The notes under the pieces were generated by a model that was not told the DNA's origin, ran no database searches, and was given only the letters and a program-made list of their open reading frames with translations. Positions 1 to 10,881 of a stretch of 64,000 nucleotides of DNA are shown piece by piece (the stretch's first letter is position 1; the number at the start of each line of letters is the position of its first letter). The position numbers were made by a program, and so were the translations under genes. Source of the DNA: Bacteroidaceae bacterium. GTDB lineage: Bacteria; Bacteroidota; Bacteroidia; Bacteroidales; Bacteroidaceae. The stretch lies in NCBI GenBank assembly GCA_017522785.1, contig JAFWYF010000004.1:55480-119479 (forward strand). Reading direction: 5' to 3'.

Positions 1-556
1 TTTCCACGAAGGTTCGGCTTGGAGTTATACCTTTGCCGTTCCACACGATGTAGACGGACTGACACGATTGATGGGTGGCAAGAGAGCATACGTAAATAGC
101 CTGCAAAAGGTATTCGATGAAGGACATTACGACCCGGCAAACGAACCCGATATAGTATATCCATACCTTTTCAGCCGTTTCAAAGGAGAGGAGTGGCGTA
201 CGCAACGCGAAGTAAAACGTTTGCTCGACAACCACTTCAAAGCTACACCCGACGGCATTCCGGGTAACGATGACACCGGAACAATGTCGGCATGGGCCGT
301 ATTCTCAATGCTTGGTTTATACCCCGACACCCCATCGGAACCCTACTATACTCTCACAACCCCAACTTTCGACAATGTCGAGATTGATACTCCGCAAGGA
401 ACAATCACCATTAAAGCAGAGCGTCCAAATGGCGATTGCCAATACATCGAGAGCATGACATTGGGAGGTGAGCCATTAAAGAGATATCGCATAACACACA
501 GCGAACTATTGAATAAAAAAAATATCACATTCAAATTAAAATCACAAGCAAAATGA
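1..556 (+). CDS. glycoside hydrolase family 92 (alpha-mannosidase), C-terminal part; 5' end lies outside the window
   Basis: The frame is open from the window edge (frame of nt 2). FHEGSAWSYTFAVPHDV and GNDDTGTMSAWAVFSMLGLYP parallel EGNAWQYTWLVPHDV and GNEDVGQMSAWYILSSLGMYE of the downstream GH92 paralog. Confidence 0.85.
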   Translation, partial: FHEGSAWSYTFAVPHDVDGLTRLMGGKRAYVNSLQKVFDEGHYDPANEPDIVYPYLFSRFKGEEWRTQREVKRLLDNHFKATPDGIPGNDDTGTMSAWAVFSMLGLYPDTPSEPYYTLTTPTFDNVEIDTPQGTITIKAERPNGDCQYIESMTLGGEPLKRYRITHSELLNKKNITFKLKSQAK

Positions 557-2727
557 AATTGATAAGATTACTGCTTGCTAGTGCACTTGCAATTACAGCA
601 TGCACTCAAGCCCCAACAGAAAAACTCACGAGCTATGTTAATCCACTCATTGGTTCAGGAGGACACGGGCATGTTTTCGTTGGAGCACATGTACCCTACG
701 GAATGGTACAATTAGGTCCTACTAGCATCACCACAACATGGGATTGGTGTTCAGGTTATCATCAGGACGAAAATTCTGTAATAGGATTCTCTCACACACA
801 CCTTAGCGGAACAGGTATTGGCGACCTATTCGATGTAACTGTCATGCCTGTAACAGGCGACGTAAAGTATGCACGTGGAACACTCGATGATGCGACATCG
901 GGACTGTGGTCTCCTGCCGACCGTACACAAGAAGTGAGCAAAGCAGGCTACTATTCGGTGCCACTTACACGCTATGATATTAAAGCCGAAATGACAGCTA
1001 CCACACGTGTTGGTTTGCACCGCTACACCTACCCTGCTTCGAGCGAAGCTGCCATTGTTTTTGACCTCGAGAACGGAGGATGCTGGGACAAAACAACCGA
1101 AGCATCTATGCAGGCAGAAAGCAAGAACAGCATCAGTGGTTGGCGTTTCTCTACCGGATGGGCAAAAAACCAAAAGGTATATTTCTATGCCGAATTCTCT
1201 AAACCTTTCGAAAAATTTGAGTTACAAGGCATGGGCAACATGTATGGACGTGCTTCATTTGCTACAACAGAGGGCGAAGTGATACAGTTGAAAGTTGCTA
1301 TCTCTCCGGTGAGCATCGAAGGAGCAAAAGCCGCTATGTCGGCAGAATTACCTCACTGGGATTTCGACAGAATTGCACAACAAGCCGACGAAGCTTGGGA
1401 GAGCGAATTGTCGAGAATACGAATCAATTGCGACAGCGAAGCACAAAAACGTACATTCTACACAGCAATGTATCATGTGATGACAGCCCCCATAACCTTT
1501 AACGATGTTAATGGCGACTACAGAGGTGCCGATGGCAATGTATACAATGCATCGCACAACACATATAGCATTTTCTCGCTATGGGACACCTATCGTGCAA
1601 AAATGCCATTGATGACTATTATACAAAACGAGCGTATGGGCGATTTCATTGCAACAATGATAGATATATGCGACAAGCAGGGACGCCTGCCGGTGTGGCA
1701 TCTATGGGGCAACGAAACCGACTGTATGGTTGGCGACCCAGGAATACCTGTAGTAGCCGATGCAATAGTTAAAGGTATCGAAGGATTTGACCGTGAAAAA
1801 GCCTATGAAGCCATAAAGAAGACTCTTGCACAAGATGGTCGTGGTCGTGGATTACGCAAGAAGTACGATTACATCCCTTGCGACTCATTCACAGAATCGG
1901 TAGCATACGACATGGAATATGCTCTTGCCGATGGAGCAGCTGCCCACGCCGCAAAAGCGTTAGGACACAATAGCGATGCAGAGCAACATATCAAGAACAG
2001 CCATTCATACCGTCATTTATTTGACCCTGCCACAGGTTTTGTGAGAGGCAAGAAGACAACAGGCGAGTTCAACACCCCATTTAACCCATTCTACTCTACA
2101 CACCGCGAAGACGACTACTGCGAAGGCAATGCATGGCAATATACATGGCTTGTTCCACACGATGTTCCCGGCCTTGCAAACTGCTTTGGTGGTAATGAAA
2201 AAATGCTTGTAAAGCTCGATTCGCTATTCACTGCACCCTCAACGGTAGAAGGCGACCCCTCACCCGATATTTCGGGATTGATAGGACAGTTTGCCCATGG
2301 CAACGAACCTTCGCACCACATACTTTATCTTTATACAATGTTGGGCGAACCACATAAAGCGGCTGACTATATTCGCGAGGTACTTACCACACAATACACC
2401 GATTCATACGATGGTCTGTCGGGTAACGAAGACGTAGGTCAAATGTCGGCATGGTATATATTGTCATCTCTTGGAATGTATGAAGTAGAGCCCGGTAGTG
2501 GCAGATATTGGTTTGGTTCTCCATTTGTAAACCGTGCAGAACTAACAGTGAAGGAGGGAACATTCACCATTGAAGCTATTAATAATAGTGCAACTAACAA
2601 ATATATTAAAAGTATTAAGTTAGATGGTGCCGATTACACACTACCCTACATAAACCACAGCGACCTGAAGGCAGGCAGCACACTCACGTTCGAAATGAGC
2701 GACACCCCTGCTAAATGGTACGAGTGA
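553..2727 (+). CDS. glycoside hydrolase family 92 alpha-mannosidase, lipoprotein
   Basis: 724-aa ORF with lipobox AITAC. It shows GH92-typical blocks (GSGGHGHVFVGAHVPYGMVQLGP, HTHLSGTG, GNEPSHH, GNEDVGQMSAW). Its start overlaps the upstream stop in ATGA. Confidence 0.9.
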   Translation: MKLIRLLLASALAITACTQAPTEKLTSYVNPLIGSGGHGHVFVGAHVPYGMVQLGPTSITTTWDWCSGYHQDENSVIGFSHTHLSGTGIGDLFDVTVMPVTGDVKYARGTLDDATSGLWSPADRTQEVSKAGYYSVPLTRYDIKAEMTATTRVGLHRYTYPASSEAAIVFDLENGGCWDKTTEASMQAESKNSISGWRFSTGWAKNQKVYFYAEFSKPFEKFELQGMGNMYGRASFATTEGEVIQLKVAISPVSIEGAKAAMSAELPHWDFDRIAQQADEAWESELSRIRINCDSEAQKRTFYTAMYHVMTAPITFNDVNGDYRGADGNVYNASHNTYSIFSLWDTYRAKMPLMTIIQNERMGDFIATMIDICDKQGRLPVWHLWGNETDCMVGDPGIPVVADAIVKGIEGFDREKAYEAIKKTLAQDGRGRGLRKKYDYIPCDSFTESVAYDMEYALADGAAAHAAKALGHNSDAEQHIKNSHSYRHLFDPATGFVRGKKTTGEFNTPFNPFYSTHREDDYCEGNAWQYTWLVPHDVPGLANCFGGNEKMLVKLDSLFTAPSTVEGDPSPDISGLIGQFAHGNEPSHHILYLYTMLGEPHKAADYIREVLTTQYTDSYDGLSGNEDVGQMSAWYILSSLGMYEVEPGSGRYWFGSPFVNRAELTVKEGTFTIEAINNSATNKYIKSIKLDGADYTLPYINHSDLKAGSTLTFEMSDTPAKWYE

Positions 2728-2749
2728 TTAATAAGTTATAAATGAGATT

Positions 2750-2788
2750 AAATATTAGCGAGCAGTAAGTTGCTCGCTAATATTTTTA
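2750..2788 (+). terminator. rho-independent terminator after the GH92 pair
   Basis: Perfect 15-bp stem aaatattagcgagca / tgctcgctaatattt with a 6-nt loop, running into a T tract. Confidence 0.75.
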
Positions 2789-2872
2789 TATACTCACCTA
2801 TGCAAACATATTTTGTTCCTAAAGTGTTTATCATTTGTTGCGAATAAATTGTAGAAAAGAAAATGTTTGCAT

Positions 2873-4258
2873 ATGAGAAAATTTATTCTATTTCTGAGCC
2901 ACATTATTACAATAATGTCTATCTCGGCACAAGAGAACAACTATCTTAAAGAGCCGTTACCACAAAAATGGAGTGATAGCAAACTTTTTGAACAGGTATT
3001 ACCTTCCGAAGACAAGTGGTGGCTACGCTTCGAAGACCCTATCCTCGATTCACTCATTACAATTGCCGGCAAACGAAATCTTTCGGTACTCGAGGCCATT
3101 GAGAACATACGCAATGCAAAAGCATCGTGGCGCATAGCACAGTCGAATTTGTTTCCAACTATAGATTTTGGAGCAGGATGGCAACGCAACAAAACAAGTG
3201 GTAATATTTACTCTACAGGATACAACGAAACATTCGGAGGCTATTTCGATGCCACCCTATCAATGAATTGGCAGTTGGATATCTTTGGGAATATCTATAA
3301 ACGTGCAAAAGCACAAAAAGAGCTATTTTACGCCAGCGAGGAGGAGTATCGTGCAGTACTTGTATCCCTATGTGCGAATGTTGCAACCGCCTATTTCTCC
3401 TTGCGCCAGAGTTTGGCCGAGATTGCTGTATTAAAACGCAATGTAGCATCACAAAAGGAGATAATGGATATTGTAGAGACCCGTTTCAACACAGGCTTGG
3501 CTTCGAAACTCGATGTAGCACAAGCACGTTCGGTCTATTACAGCACATTGGCATCTATTCCCTCGATGGAGTCATCGATACAGCAATATCGTAACGCCCT
3601 TGCTATACTACTTGCAACATACCCCGGTGAGATTTATGTTTGGCTTGGTAGTAGCACCGAACTACCCGAATACATAGACCCTATTGCAGTTGGCATACCT
3701 GCCAATCTGTTGCGCCGGCGTCCCGACATTCGCAGTGCCGAGAGAGAGGTAGAAGCATACGCATCGCTTTTGGGAGCCTCAAAGCGCGATTGGCTACCTG
3801 CATTTTACGTTAATGGCTCTATTGGTTTTGCATCTACCGATATAAAGTATATGCCTCGTTCACGTAGCATGCAATGGAAAATTTCCCCCACCATAACATG
3901 GAATCTGTTCGATGGGGGCAAGACAAGTAAGGAAACTGTTCAGGCACGCGCACAATTGGAACAGAGCATAATTCGTTTCAACAACACCGTGCTCACTGCA
4001 ATGCAAGAAGTTGAAAACGCTATGCAGACATATAAAAGTTCAATAGCAACCATAGTGGCCTTGAGCGAAACGGTTAATCAGAATGAAGAGACACTGCATC
4101 TTTCTTTGGAATTATACAAACAGGGTCTTACACAGTTTCAGAACGTACTCGATGCACAACGTACACTGCTCAACTATCAGGATAATCTTGTTCAGGCAAA
4201 AGGAAGGTCGCTCATTACTCTAATACAGTTATATGAAGCATTAGGTGGCGGTTGGTAG
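2873..4258 (+). CDS. efflux transporter outer membrane factor (TolC/NodT family)
   Basis: The ORF track starts at TTG 2867; I prefer ATG 2873 (MRKFILF...). Signal peptide ends SA-QE. The two-repeat OMF helical pattern is present, and the gene sits directly upstream of MFP and RND genes. Confidence 0.85.
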   Translation: MRKFILFLSHIITIMSISAQENNYLKEPLPQKWSDSKLFEQVLPSEDKWWLRFEDPILDSLITIAGKRNLSVLEAIENIRNAKASWRIAQSNLFPTIDFGAGWQRNKTSGNIYSTGYNETFGGYFDATLSMNWQLDIFGNIYKRAKAQKELFYASEEEYRAVLVSLCANVATAYFSLRQSLAEIAVLKRNVASQKEIMDIVETRFNTGLASKLDVAQARSVYYSTLASIPSMESSIQQYRNALAILLATYPGEIYVWLGSSTELPEYIDPIAVGIPANLLRRRPDIRSAEREVEAYASLLGASKRDWLPAFYVNGSIGFASTDIKYMPRSRSMQWKISPTITWNLFDGGKTSKETVQARAQLEQSIIRFNNTVLTAMQEVENAMQTYKSSIATIVALSETVNQNEETLHLSLELYKQGLTQFQNVLDAQRTLLNYQDNLVQAKGRSLITLIQLYEALGGGW

Positions 4259-4284
4259 GCAATAGAACTAAAAATTCATACATT

Positions 4285-5385
4285 ATGAAACAGATTATAT
4301 ACCTTGTGGCAATATTGGTTACTGCTATTGCCTGTCAAAAGAGAAGCAAAACCCAAAGTCCCGAGATAGCACTACCAATAGAGGTTTCAAAGCCCATAGT
4401 GCGCGAGGTAACCCTCACACGCGAATATCCCGGGTATTTGGATGCCGATGCAACTGTTGCTATAATGGGACGTGTCAATGGCACACTCGAAAGTAGCAAT
4501 TACATTGCCGGTAGCAGAGTTAAACTTGGCGATTTGCTTTTTGTTATAGACCCCACATTATACAAAAACAGTGTTACACAAGCCGAAGCTGCATTAAAAA
4601 CAGCAAAAGCAAACCTTGTCTATTCACGTAGCAACTACGAGAGGATGAAAATTGCCGGCGAGAGCAATGCAGTGAGCCAGATAGAGGTGCTGCAAGCAGA
4701 AACAAATGTAGCAACCGGAGAGGCTTCTGTCAAAAATGCCGAAGCTACACTAAAGAGCGCCCAAACCAATCTAAGTTACTGCTATGTACGCGCTCCGCAC
4801 AACGGGCTCATGGGGTTATCAAACTATTCCACCGGCAGTTACATTGCCGGAGCTGGAGCACCTGTTCAACTTGCCACACTCTACAAAGACGATATTATGT
4901 ATGCCTATTTCAATGTTACCGACAACCAATGGCTACGCCAGCAATATCGTAGCGACGTTGTTGGGAAAGAGCAATATATTACATTCACACTTGGCGAGGA
5001 TAAATATTTCACCCGCAAAGCAAAGATGGATTATCTATCGCCCGATGTACAACTTAGCACTGGAACATTGCGAGTAAGAGCCGAATTAAATAACAGCGAC
5101 GGCTTTCTGAAGCCGGGTAGTTTTATTAGCATCGTGCTACCATACGAAAAGATTCCATTGGGCATATTGGTAACCGATGCCTCTATTGGCACCGACCAGC
5201 TTGGGAAGTTTCTTTATGTAGTAAACGATTCCAACACCATAGAGTATCGCCACATAGAAACAGGCAACATTGTCGATGATAGTTTGCGTCTTGTAACAGC
5301 AGGGCTAAAGCCGAACGAACGCTATGTAAGCAAAGCACTGCTGAAGGTTCGAAACGGCATGAGAGTTGCACCTATTGAGCAATAA
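4285..5385 (+). CDS. efflux RND transporter periplasmic adaptor (membrane fusion protein), lipoprotein
   Basis: Start is set to ATG 4285 (MKQIIYLVAILVTAIAC, a lipobox). Coiled-coil hairpin and barrel-sandwich pattern (VRAPHNGLMG) are present. It lies between the OMF and RND genes. Confidence 0.9.
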   Translation: MKQIIYLVAILVTAIACQKRSKTQSPEIALPIEVSKPIVREVTLTREYPGYLDADATVAIMGRVNGTLESSNYIAGSRVKLGDLLFVIDPTLYKNSVTQAEAALKTAKANLVYSRSNYERMKIAGESNAVSQIEVLQAETNVATGEASVKNAEATLKSAQTNLSYCYVRAPHNGLMGLSNYSTGSYIAGAGAPVQLATLYKDDIMYAYFNVTDNQWLRQQYRSDVVGKEQYITFTLGEDKYFTRKAKMDYLSPDVQLSTGTLRVRAELNNSDGFLKPGSFISIVLPYEKIPLGILVTDASIGTDQLGKFLYVVNDSNTIEYRHIETGNIVDDSLRLVTAGLKPNERYVSKALLKVRNGMRVAPIEQ

Positions 5386-5409
5386 TTATTAAGAAAAGGT
5401 TATTTATAT

Positions 5410-8400
5410 ATGGATTTTGCAAAATTCTTTATACATCGCCCCATATTTGCAACAGTTCTATCTCTGTTGTTGCTCATTGGTGGTATTGTTTGTCTATTCA
5501 TTCTTCCAATTGACCAATATCCGGCTATAACACCTCCAACTGTACAAGTGAATGCAGTGTATCCCGGAGCAAATGCCGAGACAATAGCGCAAACCGTTGG
5601 TATTCCCATTGAGCAACAGGTAAACGGTGTCGATAACATGATTTACATGAGTTCCACATCGTCATCATCGGGCACATATCAACTTACTATAACGTTCGAG
5701 GTAGGTACCGACATAGACATGGCAACGGTGCTTGTTCAAAACAGAGTAAATATTGCGCTTAACTCACTACCCAGCGAGGTAACTCAACAAGGAGTAACCG
5801 TACAGAAGCAATCGTCTAACATTGTGTTGTTCATTACGCTCACAGGCGATTCTCTTTATAACCAATTATATTTGTCGAACTATGCCCAATTGCAAATTGT
5901 AGACCAGCTAACACGTACCCCCGGTGTAGGTGCAGTAAATATTATGGGAGCAGGCAAATATTCGATGCGAATTTGGTTGGACCCCGAGGCTATGCGCATA
6001 CGAGGCATTTCACCTGCTGAAGTATATCAAGCAATATCAAAGCAGAACCTTGCCGTATCGGCCGGATATGTTGGACAAGATTTTGGTAAAGGAGCTGACA
6101 ATGCCTTTCAATACACCCTTAACGTACAGGGGCGACTAAAAAACAGCGAGGAGTTTGGCGAGATTGTTATACGTAACGACGGAGTCGATATGTTACGTCT
6201 GCGCGACATTGCCAGAATTGAGATTGGAAGTGAAACCTACAGTTCTTCATCGCGTTTAAAAGGTAAACCTACTGCGGCTCTTGCAGTGTATCAGTTACCC
6301 GGTTCAAGTTCGCTTGCAGTGTCAAAAGCAGTACGTGCAAAGATGGAAGAATTGGCAAAAGAGATGCCACCCGAGGTGCAGTATCAGATTACGCTCGACA
6401 CCACCGATGTGGTACGCAGTTCAATTCGAGAGGTTCTTTATACCTTTTTAGAGGCTACCATTCTGGTTATATTTGTAATATTCATGTTCCTGCAAAGTTG
6501 GCGTGCCACAATAATTCCATGTCTCACCATACCAATATCTCTGATAGGAACTCTTGCTGTAATGGAGTTATTAGGCTTCTCCATTAACACACTCACTCTC
6601 TTTGGGCTTATTCTTGCGATAGCCATTGTTGTAGACGATGCTATTGTTGTGGTGGAAAATGTTACACGTATATTGGATGAAGAGCAGTTATCGCCACGCG
6701 AAGCAACAGAAAAGGCTATGGAGGAAATTTCGGGACCGATTATTGGTGTAGTACTTGTTATGATGGCTGTATTTATTCCTACCACCATGATAGGAGGTAT
6801 ATCGGGGCAGTTATACAAACAGTTTGCACTAACTATTGCGGCATCTACTCTGTTAAGCGGTATAAACTCACTTACACTCACTCCGGCACTGTGTGCCATT
6901 CTGCTACGCCCTACAGAGCATAATAATAAGAAGAATAGGATTTTTCGTATATTTGACAAAGGATATGGATTTCTGCAGAACATATACGATAAATCGACCA
7001 ATTACCTACTACGCAAAAGTGTTGTTGCCGCACTTCTTTTTGTTGCGATGACAGCCGTTGCCATAGTACTATTTATAAAATGGCCAACTACATTCATTCC
7101 CGAGGAAGATGATGGTTATGCTATAATAGCAGTGCAATTACCACCGGCATCTTCGCTAAACCGAACAGAGGCTGTTACGCGAAAAGTGGAGAAGATTCTC
7201 GACAGTTACCCGGAGATAAAAACCAACATAGCAATTAGTGGTTTCAGTATAATGAACAGTGGTGAACAGAGCAATGCCGCTACTATATTTATTGTTTTAA
7301 AAGATTGGAAAGAGCGTAAAGGAAAAGGGCATAGTGTTGCCGATGTTGTGTCGCGCTTTAACAAGCAGGCGTATGTAGAGATTGAAGAGGCCGAATGCTA
7401 TGCCATTGTACCTCCGGCAATACCGGGAATAGGTAATGTAGGTGGTTTGCAGTTGCAGTTGGAGGATAGGAAATCGTTAGGTGCCACTGAGATGCAAAAA
7501 GCAATAGAAATTCTGCTCGAGAATTACAGTAGCAAGCCCTCGATTGCATCAATGAATAGTTCCTATGAAGCTAATGTACCACAATATTTTCTGAATATAA
7601 ACCGCGAGAAGGCGCTGAGCATGGGATTAGATATTGGAGCTGTACTATCTACACTAAGCTATTACATGGGTTCGGTATATGTAAATGACTTTACCATGTT
7701 AGGACGTATCTGGCAAGTGAAGATGTCGGCAGGTGAACGTAGCCAGAAGGTAATAGACGATGTCTTGAATTTGAGCCTTGCCAACAACAGAGGCGAAATG
7801 GTTCCTTTTAGCAGTTTCATTGCCATTGAGAGCATTTTAGGAATAGACCAGATGAACAGATATAACATGTACAACACCGCTGCCATTACAAGCAACGTAG
7901 CCGATGGGTATAGTTCGAGCCAGATGATAAAAGAGATTGAGGAGCTTGTTGGTGAGCAGTTGGGTAACGAGTTTGGGTATGAATGGACTGGTGTTGCCTA
8001 TCAAGAAGAGAGCGCCGGACAAACAACAGTTATAATACTTATTCTAGCCCTAATTGTAGCCTATTTGGTACTTGCGGCACAATATGAAAGTTGGGCTAGC
8101 CCCATAGCTGCCATAACAGGTGTACCCATTGCCTTGCTAGGCGCCATTTTGGGCTGTTGGATTATGGATATACCGGTAAGTATATACACGCAGATTGGTA
8201 TTATACTGCTCATAGCATTGAGCGCAAAGAATGGTATTCTGATAGTAGAATTTGCACGCGATTTTCGTGCTGCCGGCAACGATATAAGAGATAGCGCACA
8301 AGAGGCGGGCCATGTACGTTTGCGCCCCATTCTAATGACCTCATTTGCTTTTGTTCTGGGTGTTGTTCCTTTGCTTTTTGCCAATGGAGCAGGCGCGGCG

Positions 8401-8529
8401 GCACGTCTTTCGCTAGGTGCAGCCGTTGTCTTTGGAATGTTGCTGAACACAGTTATAGCAACGCTATTCATACCCAATTGGTATGAATGGATGCAGAGTA
8501 TCGAAGAGAAATTTAGGAAAAAGAGATAA
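5410..8529 (+). CDS. efflux RND transporter permease (AcrB/HAE1-like)
   Basis: 1039 aa. N-terminus [14 protein letters not shown], 12-TM architecture with two large periplasmic loops, [11 protein letters not shown] motif. Confidence 0.95.
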   Translation: MDFAKFFIHRPIFATVLSLLLLIGGIVCLFILPIDQYPAITPPTVQVNAVYPGANAETIAQTVGIPIEQQVNGVDNMIYMSSTSSSSGTYQLTITFEVGTDIDMATVLVQNRVNIALNSLPSEVTQQGVTVQKQSSNIVLFITLTGDSLYNQLYLSNYAQLQIVDQLTRTPGVGAVNIMGAGKYSMRIWLDPEAMRIRGISPAEVYQAISKQNLAVSAGYVGQDFGKGADNAFQYTLNVQGRLKNSEEFGEIVIRNDGVDMLRLRDIARIEIGSETYSSSSRLKGKPTAALAVYQLPGSSSLAVSKAVRAKMEELAKEMPPEVQYQITLDTTDVVRSSIREVLYTFLEATILVIFVIFMFLQSWRATIIPCLTIPISLIGTLAVMELLGFSINTLTLFGLILAIAIVVDDAIVVVENVTRILDEEQLSPREATEKAMEEISGPIIGVVLVMMAVFIPTTMIGGISGQLYKQFALTIAASTLLSGINSLTLTPALCAILLRPTEHNNKKNRIFRIFDKGYGFLQNIYDKSTNYLLRKSVVAALLFVAMTAVAIVLFIKWPTTFIPEEDDGYAIIAVQLPPASSLNRTEAVTRKVEKILDSYPEIKTNIAISGFSIMNSGEQSNAATIFIVLKDWKERKGKGHSVADVVSRFNKQAYVEIEEAECYAIVPPAIPGIGNVGGLQLQLEDRKSLGATEMQKAIEILLENYSSKPSIASMNSSYEANVPQYFLNINREKALSMGLDIGAVLSTLSYYMGSVYVNDFTMLGRIWQVKMSAGERSQKVIDDVLNLSLANNRGEMVPFSSFIAIESILGIDQMNRYNMYNTAAITSNVADGYSSSQMIKEIEELVGEQLGNEFGYEWTGVAYQEESAGQTTVIILILALIVAYLVLAAQYESWASPIAAITGVPIALLGAILGCWIMDIPVSIYTQIGIILLIALSAKNGILIVEFARDFRAAGNDIRDSAQEAGHVRLRPILMTSFAFVLGVVPLLFANGAGAAARLSLGAAVVFGMLLNTVIATLFIPNWYEWMQSIEEKFRKKR

Positions 8530-8554
8530 ATGCTAAATAACAAAGGAGAAGCAA

Positions 8555-8851
8555 CTATTTACCATAGGGAGTATCACTCTCGGCAGCAAGTGGCATTTGT
8601 TCATCTTCAATGGTGTAGCCATGCGAGTTTTTGGATGCAAACATACTATTTTGCAGGCTTTTTAATTCCATAGCCTCTTCGGGCGACAAGTCGTGTGCCA
8701 CCATTTCGGTGCTATCCAGCATTGCTGATGCTACTTCGCTAAAGAGCAGTTCACCCAACCTATTCGAGTTGCGCAATTCGCTGAGCAGACGACGCGATTC
8801 ATCGCTACTCAAACGGCCATCCATTAAATCCTGTATATTCTGTTCGTCCAT
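8555..8851 (-). CDS. small acidic hypothetical protein (98 aa)
   Basis: Start is trimmed to Met22 of the tracked ORF (MDEQNIQDLMDGRLSSDESRRLL...), which removes the overlap with the ABC-F gene. It lies 49 nt downstream of ABC-F on the same strand. No TM segment or signal peptide. Confidence 0.5.
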   Translation of the reverse strand: MDEQNIQDLMDGRLSSDESRRLLSELRNSNRLGELLFSEVASAMLDSTEMVAHDLSPEEAMELKSLQNSMFASKNSHGYTIEDEQMPLAAESDTPYGK

Positions 8852-8900
8852 AATATCTACAAGGCAAAAGTAGTATAATTTATATCGTAGACAAAATTTA

Positions 8901-10772
8901 TCACACAAATTCACTCAGTTCCAACCAACGGGTACTCTTTTGCTCTATCTGTTCCAATAGTTCCGCCACACGCATCGACTTTTGCAATAGGGTGTTGTTG
9001 TCGAGCATGCCACTGCTCATTTCCTGCTCCAACTGAACCTTTTCATTTTCGAGTTGTTCAATCTCGGCTTCTAGAGTCTCATACTCGCGTTGCTCCTTAA
9101 AGGTTAGCTTGCGCTTCACACTATCGTCGCGCCACCCCTGTTTGGCTGGTGCACCTTTGGAGTTCTTTTCTGATGCAACCTTTGCGATAAGCGCCTTTTC
9201 CTCTTCTCGCCAATCGCGATATTCTGTATAGTTACCCGGGAAATCCTTTATATCGCCGTTGCCATTAAAAACAAATATGTGGTCGGAGACACGGTCGGTA
9301 AAATAGCGGTCGTGGCTCACCACTATTACACAACCCTTAAAATTGAAGAGATACTCTTCGAGCACCTGTAAGGTGTCTATATCGAGGTCATTTGTGGGCT
9401 CATCGAGAACAAGAAAGTTGGGATTCGACATGAGCACCGTACAGAGATACAAACGACGTTTCTCGCCACCACTTAACTTATAGACATAGTCGTGTTGCTT
9501 CTCGGGAGTAAAAAGGAAGTGTTGCAGGAACTGCGACGCAGTGAGCATCTTATTACCTACAGGAATGACCTCGGCAATACGTCGCACAGCATCTATCACC
9601 TTCATCTGCTCATCGAATTGCATGCCCTCTTGGCTGTAATATCCCCATTTGACAGTTTCACCAACCTCTATAACACCACTATCGGGAGCAACCTTACCAA
9701 GCAACATTTTTATAAAGGTCGATTTTCCTGTGCCGTTGTTACCTACGATACCTACCTTTTCGTATCTCGAAAATGTGTAAAAGAAATCTTTTATTATCAC
9801 TTTGTCGCCAAAGGCCTTATTCAGTGCTTTGATAACAAAGATCTTGTTGCCTATATATTGTGCTTTTACATCGAGCGACACCGATGCATCGTCGCGCATT
9901 ACAGCGGCTTTCTCTTCCAATTTATAGAATGCCTCAATACGATATTTCGCTTTGTGAGCACGTGCTTGTGGTTGTCTGCGCATCCATTCCAGTTCAGTGC
10001 GCAACAAGTTCCTTGCACGCGCAGTTTCGGCTGCCATATTTTGCAAACGCTCCTCGCGACGCTGAAGAAAATAGTTGTAGTTGCCTTTGTAGCGATATAT
10101 TTTGCTATTGTCAATTTCAATTATCTCGTTGCACACGCGGTCGAGAAAATAGCGGTCGTGGGTAACCATGAGCAAACTGCCTGTGAAACGTGCAAGATAA
10201 TCCTCGAGCCACTCCACCATCTCCATATCGAGATGGTTTGTGGGTTCATCGAGAATCATCAAATCGGGTTGCTCAATGAGCACAGCGGCCAGCGCAATAC
10301 GTTTCTTTTGTCCACCCGACAATTCACGAACAGGCTGTGTAAAACTTACTATTTTAAGTTTAGAGAGCACTTGTCGAGCACGGTTTTCATAATCCCAAGC
10401 ATCCAAACGGTCCATCTCTTCCATCAGATGTTGCAATTCCTGCTCGTTGCCATTTGAGAGAGCATTTTCATATCGGGCAATTAGTTCCGACTTTTCGCTG
10501 TTACGTTGCAGGCAAGCCTCTATCACCGTAAGATTTTCATCGAAGTCGGGCTCTTGTTCAAGGTAACCTACTCTCAAATTATTACGCATCGTAATTTTTC
10601 CACTATCGGGGACATCATCACCTGCAATAATCTTTAACAGTGTACTTTTTCCCTTTCCATTACGTGCAATTAGTCCTATACGTTGTCTCTCCTCGACAAC
10701 GAACGATATATCACTGAAAAGTTGCAGTACTCCGAAACTTTTTGATATGCTGTCTATCTGTAAATCTATCAT
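8901..10772 (-). CDS. ABC-F family ATPase (two ABC domains, no TM domain, C-terminal coiled coil; Uup-like)
   Basis: Start is set to MIDLQIDSISKSF. Two Walker A motifs (ARNGKGKST, GNNGTGKST), two LSGG signatures (LSGGQKKR, LSGGEKRR), and a charged coiled-coil tail. Confidence 0.9.
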   Translation of the reverse strand: MIDLQIDSISKSFGVLQLFSDISFVVEERQRIGLIARNGKGKSTLLKIIAGDDVPDSGKITMRNNLRVGYLEQEPDFDENLTVIEACLQRNSEKSELIARYENALSNGNEQELQHLMEEMDRLDAWDYENRARQVLSKLKIVSFTQPVRELSGGQKKRIALAAVLIEQPDLMILDEPTNHLDMEMVEWLEDYLARFTGSLLMVTHDRYFLDRVCNEIIEIDNSKIYRYKGNYNYFLQRREERLQNMAAETARARNLLRTELEWMRRQPQARAHKAKYRIEAFYKLEEKAAVMRDDASVSLDVKAQYIGNKIFVIKALNKAFGDKVIIKDFFYTFSRYEKVGIVGNNGTGKSTFIKMLLGKVAPDSGVIEVGETVKWGYYSQEGMQFDEQMKVIDAVRRIAEVIPVGNKMLTASQFLQHFLFTPEKQHDYVYKLSGGEKRRLYLCTVLMSNPNFLVLDEPTNDLDIDTLQVLEEYLFNFKGCVIVVSHDRYFTDRVSDHIFVFNGNGDIKDFPGNYTEYRDWREEEKALIAKVASEKNSKGAPAKQGWRDDSVKRKLTFKEQREYETLEAEIEQLENEKVQLEQEMSSGMLDNNTLLQKSMRVAELLEQIEQKSTRWLELSEFV

Positions 10773-10819
10773 CTCTGCTCTTTTACAAGGTGCTAAGATA
10801 GTAATAATATTTATAATAA

Positions 10820-10850
10820 CCCCCAAAGTTCTTTCTACAAACTTTGGGGG
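10820..10850 (-). terminator. hairpin downstream of the 806-aa gene
   Basis: 11-bp stem cccccaaagtt / aactttggggg with a 9-nt loop, about 30 nt past the stop at 10882. The U tract is weak. Confidence 0.4.
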
Positions 10851-10881
10851 CCACCTTTGAACTGTTATATTCTACAAATAT

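Noticed and set aside
9492-10457. The 321-aa plus-strand ORF antisense to the ABC-F gene.
   Set aside because: This is a shadow ORF inside a gene with unmistakable ABC motifs on the other strand, and its translation has no recognisable features. The same reasoning applies to the other antisense or overlapping ORFs in the track, including 6438-7001, 8061-8543, 38032-38646, 38130-38603, 37507-38010, 53042-53557, 57933-58625, 49906-50445, 48781-49344, 15114-15710, 13844-14308, 34596-35021 and 23089-23508.
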